DNA from: Octopus sinensis
Lineage: Eukaryota
Direction: 5' to 3'
NCBI RefSeq assembly: GCF_006345805.1
Contig: NC_043009.1
Coordinates: 38,564,001-38,628,000, forward strand
Length of the DNA: 64,000 nt
In this document: positions 10,664 through 22,828 of the stretch, piece by piece
Position numbering within the stretch: the first letter of the stretch is position 1
How the letters are laid out: each line of letters starts with the position of its first letter
Notes under the pieces: model-generated
What the model saw: the letters and a program-made list of their open reading frames with translations, nothing else
The model's database searches: none
What the model was told of the DNA's origin: nothing
Made by a program: the position numbers and the translations under genes

Positions 10664-12360
10664 GTAGCTTTCAATACCACTGTTTAATGTAACCGGGTTC
10701 TTATTTTTTTAAATCCTAAATCAAACCCCGATTGAATAGACCCGTTATCAAATGCGTTTCAGCTGTGACCATCCCGGCTTTTGGATATCTATGACGACAA
10801 CATGTAATCTAGTAACGCACTGCTTGACTCCATGCAGGCGCGAGAGTGCGATATAGTGGCTTCCATATAAATGTTTTTGCCGTTAGTATTACGTCCTTTT
10901 CCTTAGAGAAATGCATATGTATGTTTATCATGTCGTATCAGATATGTATTAGTAAAATAAGAACTAGCTGATATGTTAATTAAGATCTGCAACTTACCAA
11001 ATACTATATTTCTGAAGCTATTCACAGGATAGGTGCGTGAAAGGAATATCTTTTAAGAAATCAATGATCCTGTAACGTGTTCTGAATGCATCAGGTTCAT
11101 TGCTGTATCACTCTAATGACAAAATTCTTTCCTCTTTTAAAACTGGTCAATTCAGTTTGCATAACATTTCTATATAAATTTAAAACTCCAGCAAGGATCT
11201 CAACATTTTGGAAGCTCATTTCCATGAATGGCAGATTTAGAGAAAAATCAGCAAACATAGAACAACAAAATGCTCGAAAAACAAATTGTAGGTTTTTTTC
11301 CCATTTTATTTTCTTTCACAACAAACTAAACTTGTTGATATTTTATAGAAAATTTCTCCTTATTTTTGCTACGTAGAAGATATAGGCTCCGAATATTTTA
11401 TTTTGAAAATTCACAAGAATGCCGAGGGAGACAGGAATTGTGTTTGTTATGGAACAAAGTGAGATTATTTAATTTTCTAAAGGAAGATCTGATGCAAAAC
11501 AGCTTTCTCTACAGTCACTGTATTTTTCTAACTTAATTTGATCTGAAGGAAATACTTTTTAATGAAATATACTTTACAACATCTTCCCATTCGACTAACC
11601 AAATTTCTTTCATACATTGTCAGCAATAATTAAAATGCTTTATATTTTTTGTCGGGTTGTTTTCTTTGCAATTTATTTGAAAAAGGACGTAGAAATGTTT
11701 TAAAATTTCTTAGGCTACATGAATGATTCCTCGTAGCAGATACTTTTATACACTTCTTTACATATTTTTATTTGCCTTCTCTTTAGAAATCTGTTCAGAT
11801 TCAATATCTAGTACAATACGCTTTATCTTTAAACGTACCATGTATTTGTGGCTGTAATAAATGTTTTGAGATGCTTGATTCGTTCTTTGAATTCGCACTT
11901 TCTATAGAATATGCTAAGTTAACAGTTGGCAATTTGAGGAATATTGGTTTATTAGTGGCACCGGTATGTGCATTGACACAAATGTTAATAAACATTTAAG
12001 AACGCTAGCGCCTTACAGCGAAATATATTTTTGATATATTGGTGTTTTAAAGCCATATAGCTGTATAGGAATAATGATATAATAGTACACAGATTCACTG
12101 ACATATACATGTGGTACATGTGTGTGCATGTGTGTATGTATGCATGTGCGTGTGTATGTGTGTGTGTATCTTCAGGTATGAGGTATGAGATACCGATCTT
12201 TAGGTATGAGGTTCCAAAAGCTTGGATGTTATACATCCACACAGATGATTTGTTTTCAGTGGTGCAGGCTTGTATAGAACCAGCCACCCGTTTTAAAAAT
12301 GCTGATAGCAGAACATTGATGCAAATATTTGCCAAAATCTTAATAAACTACACTCCTCAG

Positions 12361-12432
12361 TTTATTCTACTACAATTTTCGATCTAGATTTGTTGCCTTC
12401 GCCGCTACTTAGAGTCCAACCACCATCACGTG
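12361..12432 (+). CDS. Candidate symmetric (phase 1-1) 72-nt exon, xYSTTIFDLDLLPSPLLRVQPPSRx
   Basis: Acceptor cactcctcag, donor GTG|gtaagc, open frame, length divisible by 3. No homology recognised. Confidence 0.3.
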
Positions 12433-12448
12433 GTAAGCTATATATATA

Positions 12449-12830
12449 CAGGGTTCGCTGGCTAATTTGTCGCCATATTAATTTTAGTTCGCGCATGCGC
12501 ATCATTTGTTTTTGCTTTTGTCGACTATACAGTATAATAGGGACAGTTGGGCATCGTCTGTGAGAAAAACAGCACCATCACGCAATTCACTTTGCCACGG
12601 AGGCCTACGTCAAATGGCGGGAGGAGGTAGTGCTGCCGTGGGTCAAAAGGACGGCTACTGGAAAACCCTATGTCTGGTTATAGAACTCTGCACCATGCCA
12701 AACAAGCAGGAGAACCCAGTCATGGCTGTCAGACAATTTCTGCGACCACATCATCCCTAACATTTGGCCACCTAACTCCCCAGACTGCAACCCCCTTGGT
12801 TGTTAATTGTGGGGCGCAGTTGAGCGAACA
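12449..12830 (+). mobile_element. Tc1/mariner (maT-like) fragment with left TIR
   Basis: TA then CAGGGTTCGCTGGCTAATTTGTCGCCAT. The translation EEVVLPWVKRTATGKPYVW…QSWLSDNFCDHIIPNIWPPNSPDCNPL…WGAVER contains the WPPNSPD(L/C)NP motif. Confidence 0.75.
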
Positions 12831-12841
12831 CCCACACACAT

Positions 12842-12890
<49 letters not shown>

Positions 12891-12919
12891 CATACACATG
12901 CATACATATGTATGTATAC

Positions 12920-13321
12920 TCTCTTTACTCATTTCACTCTTTTACTTGTTTCAGTATTTTGACTGCTGCCATGCTGGAGCACCGCCTTTAGTCGAGCAAA
13001 TTGACCTCAGGACTTATCCTTTGTAAACCTAGTACTTATTCCATCGGTCTCTTTTGCCGAATCGCTAAGATGCAGGGACGTAAGCACACCACCATCAGTT
13101 GTCAGGCGATGTTGAAGGGACAAACACAGATGCACAAACACACACATATATATATATACACATATATACGACGGGCTTCCTTCTGTCTCCGTCTACCAAA
13201 TCCATTCGCAAGGGTTTGGTCGAACTGAGGCTATAGTATAAGACACTTGTCCAAGGTGCCACGCAGTGGGAATGAACCCGGAACCATGTGGTTGGTAAGC
13301 AAGCTACTTACCACACAGCCA
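12920..13321 (-). mobile_element. SINE1 copy
   Basis: Reverse complement of the tail, body and head of the 5894-6318 copy. Confidence 0.85.
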
Positions 13322-13645
13322 CATGGTGTGGTGAATAAATTGTCGTCTAAATTACGGAAAAAATGAAAGTAACGCTGACATTTCATTTTAACAGATATAT
13401 TTACCAAAATTACATAAAAATATCTTGAAATACTAAACAGTGAATTTATTAAATAAAATTGCCTTTGGCTTCAACCACAGCCTGCTGACGATTTCGGAAT
13501 CTCTTGCAGGTCTTCTGGACGATCTCCTTGTTTAAGTTGGTGAATGCTGCCGTAAACCTTGCCTTTAGTTCATCACATACGGTGCCCAACATGTGCAAAA
13601 TAAAAAAATTAAATAAAATGGAGACAATTTACCCATCGCACCCTG
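13322..13645 (-). mobile_element. Short maT-like deletion derivative with both TIRs and C-terminal transposase remnant
   Basis: TIR-like ends CATGGTGTGGTGAATAAATTGTC and (rc) CAGGGTGCGATGGGTAAATTGTC plus TA. The minus strand encodes DELKARFTAAFTNLNKEIVQKTCKRFRNRQQAVVEAKGNFI*. Confidence 0.7.
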
Positions 13646-14255
13646 TACATACATATACATAATTATGAGAACGCTCAAAATCTTTTACAAAATTGTATTG
13701 TCCGGGAAAAGTTAAATGTAAAGTTTTAATTTTCATATTATTAATTTGAAAAGAAAACAAGATGCCAATGAAATGTAATCGCAAGGAAATTATTCCTAAT
13801 ACCAACAGGTTCGACAGCAATAATCTAAGTCTTAGAAATTCTAGGGTTATTAGGAAGAAATCTGTTTATAGCAAGTCATTGTCGAAGTAATACAACATCT
13901 TTAGTCACAATTTAAACACTTAAGAGATATACATGATACATTTCCTACGTATAAATTCATTGGGTAAGAGAGACAAACACAAAGACAAAGAAACGCGCGC
14001 GCGAGTTTATATATATGACGGATATTTACACATTTTCCGTCTTCTAAATTGACTAATCAAGCATTTTGAGGTTCTGGGCCATAGTGAATGATAATTTTCC
14101 AAAATAGTATCATTTTTGTTTGGAAATTATGATAATAATTTCCCAAAATTACTATCGTAAAGTGGGTTTGAACCTGAAATTACGTTTGTGCGAAACGAAT
14201 TTCATAACCATACACTCACGCATGTCTATTATATAATAATAAAAATAATAATAAC

Positions 14256-14289
<34 letters not shown>

Positions 14290-14365
14290 TAATAATAATA
14301 ATAGCCCAAGGCACACACAGCTACGCTCGATAGTGAAGTGAAAGCACGCTATAAAAATAAAACTA

Positions 14366-14405
<40 letters not shown>

Positions 14406-14432
14406 TAATAATAATAATAATAATATAATAAT

Positions 14433-14469
<37 letters not shown>

Positions 14470-14473
<4 letters not shown>

Positions 14474-15303
14474 GGTATGTAGAAAAATACAACATGGACA
14501 AGAACGTATAACTCATAGAAGACGATACAATAAACATGGACAGGACATTCGAACCCCTCAGTCTTCAGTCAAGAACCGGATCATCGTAGTAATTTCGGCT
14601 GATAATCTTGAGATTACTAGATCACGGCCAGCCCTCCAAGAAAAAACTAAGCTGGAAGCGTAGATTTCCTGGAAGAAGGATCGAATGCATACGAACACCA
14701 GGACAGCAAAAGGGACAGATAAAAAAAACAAAAAACAATAATGGATACAGAAACATGAAATACAGAAGCATAACGGTGAAAACAACAAGTGTCTTACGAC
14801 TGATAACAAGCAAACAAATTTTTCTCTGGCGCATGGAAAAGCCTTTATAGCGGGGACGAAGAACAACGATGTTAACACGACGAGGGTCAGAGCTGAAGGC
14901 AGATTTCGGCCAACAGTCACGTGACAGAGAAGAGGGAAAAGAAAAGAAAGAGAAGCAAAGGAAGAGAGAGAGAGAAAAGGGGGACAAAACGCAACAAAGA
15001 GAGAGAAGAGAGAGAAAGAAGGAATCAGAGAGGAGAAGGGATGGGTGTCGAAGAATGACCTGTGAGTGCAGAGCGAGACAAAGAAATAGGAGGGTAGTGA
15101 AGACTAGACCAAAGGATCAGAGGAAAGAGGAAGATGAATAGAGAGAAAGTAAAAATGAGAGAGAGAGAGAGACAAACAGAGAGTCGTACCATTATTAAGA
15201 ATATGTGTTCACATTAATGATAAGGGGGTACGGGGCGCCTGGAATATATGTTAAGGTATGTAGAAAAATACAACATGGACAAGAACGTATAACTCATAGA
15301 AGA

Positions 15304-15308
<5 letters not shown>
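14470..15308 (-). mobile_element. Putative non-autonomous Penelope-like element with a 57-bp terminal direct repeat
   Basis: TTAAGGTATGTAGAAAAATACAACATGGACAAGAACGTATAACTCATAGAAGACGATA occurs at 14470-14526 and 15252-15308, with (TA)n on both outer flanks. A CTGAAGA…CGAA-like motif lies ~90 nt from the end. No RT detected. Confidence 0.5.
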
Positions 15309-15352
<44 letters not shown>

Positions 15353-16019
15353 CTTTTACATTAGTCTGCATTAAGACGTCTGAAAGACATCGAAAATGCA
15401 AGACTAGGAGAAATCAACGGGGGAGAACCTTCAGACGAATAAATAGTCTATATTAACCATTGCCTACACTTTTTCATATAAAAATGCAAGTCGTATTTAC
15501 TTGTATATTAAACATTTCCCTACAAGCACACTCGTAATACATATATATAATTACATTTATACATAATTATACATATATATAAAAATGTATTCATATAACA
15601 ATATAGGTATATACGAATGCATATAGTTATATGCATATGTGTGTGTATATATATCTCTGTCCATACACGTACGCACATAGCATGCATATATCGTATATTG
15701 AACACACATTGTGTATTTAATACTCGTAATTTTTCATAGCCTTCAGAGCACAGAACTGCAAAACATTCTTGAATACTGCATAATCACTGAAGCACACACA
15801 TTTTATCCATTGTCTGTTATCCCACTTATTTTATAAAGCATTATTTCCTTTTCACCAGAACTTCAAAGTTATATATTTCTTTTTTTTTTTGCCCGCTCTC
15901 TTTCTTTTCTTTTCTCTCTCTCTCCCTCTTTCTTTTTTACTAAAGCATCTTTTAAAGGTTTCTACTGGCAAAAGTAAGATTCAAGATTAGATTAACAAAA
16001 CTAAAAAAGTTTTCTTTTA

Positions 16020-16079
<60 letters not shown>

Positions 16080-16163
16080 CTATATATGTATGTATATATA
16101 TATATACATCTATAAATATAGAAATATATATATATATATATATGTGCACAATAGACATATATA

Positions 16164-16215
<52 letters not shown>

Positions 16216-16279
16216 GCATATATACTATAAACATATCTATCTTTAAACGTATATACACATATATAGACATACATACACA

Positions 16280-16311
<32 letters not shown>

Positions 16312-16656
16312 CGTACATAAAATAATATATATATATTATATATATATATATAATATACGTAAAGACAAAGACAAAAACACCTTGCCATCAAATCTATATA
16401 CCTACTTATATATATAGATATGCATATGGTACATATATATATATAATATATTTGATATATATGTGTGTGTGTGTTTATTACTTATATGTAAGTATACAGA
16501 TACATGTATAATGAAATATATATGTATATGATAGATATGTAATCCTTATGCAAGTGGATCCTTATATTTGTATATATATGAATAAGGATATATACATACA
16601 CACACACACACACATATATATATGTAAAGATATATGCAATACGATATATATATATA

Positions 16657-16704
<48 letters not shown>

Positions 16705-16707
16705 TAC

Positions 16708-16756
<49 letters not shown>

Positions 16757-16987
16757 CACACTGCATGTGTGTATGAGTATGTATGCGTGTATTTAAAAAA
16801 AATATTTCAGATGATACTTTTGCCAACACACAGCCGTCTTTTCTCTGTGTGTGTCAGTCAGTTAGTCATTCCGTTATCTAAATCTTCCAATTCGAAGGAT
16901 AATCCCATCATTCTGGAAATATCTTGAGGTTTGCACAACCTTGGTTTTGAACAAGATTAATTCTTATTTCTTGTACTATGTTATTTT

Positions 16988-17079
16988 TCTTCTTCTTCTT
17001 CTTCTTCTTCTGCTTCTTCTTCTTCTTCTTCTTCTTCTTCTTCTTCTTCTTCTTCTCCTTCTTCTTCTTCTTCTTCTTC
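16988..17079. repeat. (CTT)n microsatellite
   Basis: Direct reading. Confidence 0.95.
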
Positions 17080-17232
17080 CATTGTACACTATTTTTCTTG
17101 ATTCCTATCAAATAGTATTTCCATTATATGCCTATCGTCAAGCAGTTTCAATCATGATTGCTGGATGTTTCATCTGTTTTACTGTCGAAATAATACAACA
17201 GATAAACAGCAGATATATATATATATATAATA

Positions 17233-17272
<40 letters not shown>

Positions 17273-18202
17273 GAGAAAAATAAAATCGGACAAGAAGGTG
17301 AAATGCAACAAGAGGGTAAAAGACATGGAGGATGAGGTCATGTTGCAACTATTATCGATGTTAATGCAAATGACTTACTTCTATTTCTCTTTCCATTTCA
17401 TTATGTGTGTTTTGTATTAGTTTTTTGTTTCTTTTTTTTCTTTTCTTTCTCTTCGTTCAATAGCGCAAACTTGTTGGCAAATATTCTCTACTTTTTTCTG
17501 CTTCGACTCCAGGCATATCGCGTCACACACCGACACGCATAGACACATAGACATAGACACATAGGCACGCATAAAAAAAAAACAGATACATACGCACATG
17601 TGGGCGTTTATGTACGTGTGTGCGAACGCACATTCCCATAACCCTCCACAGAAACGTACGTTTACTCTCATACCCGCACGCATGTACACGCCTGACGAGC
17701 GCACACACTCGGACACGCTGAGTCACATACAGGCTTGCAAAGAGTGTGTTCACAGGTCTGGTCACACAGATACACACATACAGATACAAATACACACAGA
17801 GGCTCAGACACAAACACATACATACGCATACACCTACAGACGCACTCAGTAATGCACGTGTACATAGGAATATAGACACGAAAAACAAACATACATGCAT
17901 GCACTTACTTAGGCGTGAGAAAACATGCAACAGCACTCATGTCTCTCTATATATGGCTGCCGGCAAACACAATCATATATTCGAGTTTACACACACACAG
18001 ACACATGCACATGTATATATATGCATGTAAGTATGCATGTGTATGTATGCATGAATGTATGTATATATATGTAGATATTTATGTGTGTTTGCACACCTAC
18101 ACATGTCTATATATATGCAATTTATATAACTTATAGTATGTACTCATGTACGTGTGTACGTAAGTATATAGGCATATATATAAACATGGTATAATAATAC
18201 AT

Positions 18203-18271
<69 letters not shown>

Positions 18272-18295
18272 TGTATATATATATCTATATATATC

Positions 18296-18331
<36 letters not shown>

Positions 18332-18414
18332 ATGTATGTTATTTATATATACCATGTTTATATATATATGCCTATATACTTACGTACACACGTACATGCG
18401 TACATACTATAAGT

Positions 18415-18454
<40 letters not shown>

Positions 18455-18456
18455 TT

Positions 18457-18490
<34 letters not shown>

Positions 18491-19018
18491 TGTATGTACA
18501 CTACATATATGCATGTATGTACGCATGTTAAAGTGTTGTTTGTTTAAATCTGTATGGCGTATGTTTATTGCATTTATTTTTCTGGATTTGGAAATTCGCT
18601 TTTCAGTTGACAGCATTAAGAACTTAAATGTCTAAACCCTTATAGGTCACATAGAAAGTAATGCATTTGGTAAAGCAGGAAGTTACACCAGGAATTCTAA
18701 TGGCAATTACATACAATACGTTCATTAGAACTGGTATTCATTCATTTCTCTTGAAGTTTCTTCTCTTCAGGTCTGAACGGGGAGAGAGAAGAGGAAAAAA
18801 AAAAATATTCCAAATTCGAAATTATTATTTTTCGTTGTGATTTATTAAAGCACTCCATCATATTTCTGGAACTTTCTGACAGACGAATGCTTGAACAGTC
18901 GCTCTATGCGCATTCATGCACGATACATACACACATACATACAAACGTCCATACACACATGCATGCATATGTACTTATATATATATATATGAATATATAC
19001 ATACAATATATATATATA

Positions 19019-19057
<39 letters not shown>

Positions 19058-19091
19058 ACATACATATATACATATATATATATATAATATA

Positions 19092-19135
<44 letters not shown>

Positions 19136-19719
19136 GCATATATAGGCATACATATATATATACATCTACATACTGTTTGATGTTATCAGGCTAGCGTGAA
19201 ACGCAATTAAACAAAAGGAAAGTAGACAATACAGTTAAGAAGAACGCAATTATATTTATTCACAGTTTAGTCTAAATCAGTCAGTTCTTTTGAGTTTCGT
19301 GCTTCCGATCCTCTGGCAACTCTACCTTCTATACACAGCCATTCCATCTGCTGAGTCATCTTTAAGACTACTTGAGAATTAGTAGTTTGACATAACCGTA
19401 TATAACAGCAAGAAACGAAGTATATAGAAGATTTTATGAAACATATCCTATGCAAAATTATATAGAATTCATCTATGTCTGAGATGAACTTATATTTCAC
19501 AATGTTCATAAAAAATAATTCCAAGGTGAATTTTATTGTGGAACCTAACTTATGAATGAGAGTATGTTTGAGAACTAGCAGTGGTTAGAAGGTAGAATGT
19601 TACAGATTTTGTAAGTGTTAGCCAAAATTCTTTGTGTGCTTGTTTATTATTTGTGGATAAATAACATGTATCAAATGATCACTACAGCACACATTACATT
19701 TAGGTATATACCTACACCC

Positions 19720-20779
19720 ATGTACATATGCATACATACATACAAACATACATACATACATACATAGAAACATACATACATACATACTTACATACATACA
19801 TACATAGATACATACATACAAACATACATACATACATACAAACATACGTACATACATACATACATACGTACATACATACATACGTACATACATACATACA
19901 TACATACGTACATACATACATACATACGTACATACACACACACACATATCTGTGCCAATATCTATCTGTCTATCCCTGCATACATAAGTACATACAAATA
20001 TGCACACACATATGCATATATATATATGTATACATATATTCATACATACATACATACATACATACATACATACACACATACATACATACAAACATACATA
20101 CATACATACATAGATACATACATACAAACATACATACATACAAACATACATACATACTTACATACATGCATACAAACATACATACATACATACATACATA
20201 CATACATACATACGTACATACATACATACATACGTACATACACACACACACATATCTGTGCCAATATCTATCTGTCTATCCCTGCATACATAAGTACATA
20301 CAAATATGCACACACATATGCATATATATATATGTATACATATATTCATACATACATACATACATACATAATACATACACACATACATACATACATACTT
20401 ACATACATACATACTTACATACATACATACATACTTACATACATACATACATACATACATACTTACATACATACATACATACTTACATACATACATACTT
20501 ACATACATACATACTTACATACATACATACATACATACATACTTACATACATGCATACAAACATACATATATACATACATACATACATACATACATACAT
20601 ACATACATACATACATACATACATACATACATACATACGTACATGCACACACACACATATCTGTGCCAATGTCTATCTGTCTATCCCTGCATACATAAGT
20701 ACATACAAATATGCACACACATATGCATATATATATATATACATATATGCATACATATATTCATACATACATACATACA

Positions 20780-20813
<34 letters not shown>

Positions 20814-20996
20814 CACATACAAACATACCTGCATACATACATACATACATACATACATACATACATACATAACATACATACATACATACATACATATATA
20901 CACATACAAACATACCTGCATCATACATACATACATACATACATACATACATACATACATACGTACGTACATACATACATACATAACATACATACA

Positions 20997-21030
<34 letters not shown>

Positions 21031-21050
21031 CATGCACATATATATGCATC
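19720..21050. repeat. (TACA)n compound satellite with three copies of an ~110-bp marker block
   Basis: ATCTGTGCCAAT(A/G)TCTATCTGTCTATCCCTGCATACATAAG at ~19948, ~20253 and ~20659. Confidence 0.9.
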
Positions 21051-21666
21051 TAATTAAATGTCAAGGAAACAGGAATTACGTGAAGAACTTCATTAGCAAA
21101 CAGCTGTTTCTGCTTTATAATCATTATGCCTAAGCATAATGATAAGTTTCAATTACACATACACACGTGCGCATACACACGCGTACATACACATGCAGCG
21201 GGAGAGTGAGAGAGAGAGAGAGAGGGAGAAAAGAGAGAGTAAGAGAGAGAGAGTCCATGTACATATGTAAATATGTATCTATATGTATGTATTCATTTAT
21301 ATATACACACACACACATATAAGTATATCTGTGTGCATGTATATATATATATACATACATATTTGTATATTTACATGCATGCATATATGCAAAAGAACAT
21401 GCAACCATCATTTCTGTAAAATATACAAGAACATTCCTTTCGGACATGATGTAGGGAAGACATGACTCTGCTACAGATTGATGTTTTTATTAATGCGTAT
21501 TCATATTTTCTCATTAATATTTTATATTAGGGAAGAAATAAAGTTCGAAATCTCCGTTAACGTGTCTGAAGTTTTCCAAGCTAACGATCAAAATGAACTA
21601 CTAGAAGAACAAGCACATTCTTTACGCGTTTTGCACTATCTTGCCAAGGATCAAAGAACTTTTGTG

Positions 21667-21960
21667 GAGGCCTCATGGCCTAGTGGTTAGAGCGGCAGAC
21701 TCGCGGTCGAGAGATCGCGGGTTCGAATCTCAGACCGGGTGAGGTGTGTGTTTATGAGCGAAACACCTAAGCCCCACACGGCTCCGGCAGAAGCTAATGG
21801 CGAACTTCTCCTGACTCTTTCGCCACAATTTTCTCTCACTATTTCCTCCTGCATCTTGCAGCTCACCTGCGACGGACCGGCGGCCCGTCCAGATGGGGAA
21901 CTTATACGCCAAGGAAACTGGGAAACCGGCCCTTATGAGCCAGGCATGGCTCGAGAAGGA
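21667..21960 (+). mobile_element. SINE3, full length (tRNA-like head)
   Basis: A-box TGGCCTAGTGG, B-box GGTTCGAATC, and an imperfect 14-bp TSD AAAGAA(C/G)T(T/A)TTGTG at 21653-21666 and 21961-21974. Confidence 0.85.
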
Positions 21961-22619
21961 AAAGAAGTATTGTGAGCACTAATAAAACTGTCGTTGTCAT
22001 ACTTAACATTCTTAAATGGTGAATTCCTAGAATGTTTCATAGTTTTTGTATCTATGTATTGATCCGATTTAAATTACTATTAATAAGCGTCTGTAGCTAA
22101 TCATATTTGTTTAATGGAAATTCATTGGTGATTATGCTATCACCCAATGTTTTTCTATAGTTTTGTTTTGTCCTGTATTATAATCTTCAACAATGGCTCC
22201 TTATTGTAACTGCATACTCAACCGACGTGAACGTGTCATACATGTGTGTCCGATATAACAGTTTGAGTAATGATGTTTACAAGTAACATGTTTACACTGA
22301 AGTTTGTCTATTACAATGGTTGTCTGAAGTACGTTCAGTGGTTTGTAAGTTTTGTGGTTTATTTAGATAAGAGCGTTATTTTATATTTTCTTGTTATTGC
22401 AAATATTCTAACTATAAGATTGTGGTTAGGTGTGGTACATGTTGTGCTCTGTTTAATGAGATTTTTAATAGCGTATTCATCTATTATGTAACTCGGGGGC
22501 ATTTGATTTTTTTTACCGGGTACTGCATCTGTTGCGTGTGTCTGTTGAATTTGTCTCTATATTGTTCTATGACTTTGACTACTAACATATTCGTACACCC
22601 GTTATTAAATAATGCTTGT

Positions 22620-22773
22620 CGATTTTTGCTTTTCTATTTTTTTTTGCGAAAGAGGAGGCGGGTGTCTAGTCGATATTTTCTTTTATCAAGGATGAGGTGC
22701 GAGTAAAGTCAATTTATTTTATTATCAAGGTGGAAGGTATGCTGTATAATCGATAAAATACACACCAACACAT

Positions 22774-22828
<55 letters not shown>

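Noticed and set aside
14545-14585. CTGAAGA…CGAAT motif on the minus strand at the expected PLE ribozyme position
   Set aside because: I could not form stem II or stem I, and GAAA is broken. It is at most a decayed relic.
15372-15416. Stem-GAAA-stem arrangement resembling a hammerhead
   Set aside because: The 7-nt linker (GCATTAA) does not fit the core and instead pairs with AATGC, so it is a simple small hairpin.
18720-18800. Strong polypyrimidine acceptors on both strands
   Set aside because: The minus-strand acceptor hits stops within ~11 codons in all frames, the plus-strand one leads into an A-run, and no convincing donor follows either.
19728-21053. 441-aa ORF, and similar long YI/HT/CV/LS-rich ORFs (e.g. 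48649-49665, 2543-3190, 54784-55467)
   Set aside because: These are translations of microsatellites that lack stop codons, not genes.
21667-21740. tRNA gene call for the SINE3 head (and other A/B-box heads)
   Set aside because: There is no complete cloverleaf acceptor stem, and it continues into a SINE body with a TSD.
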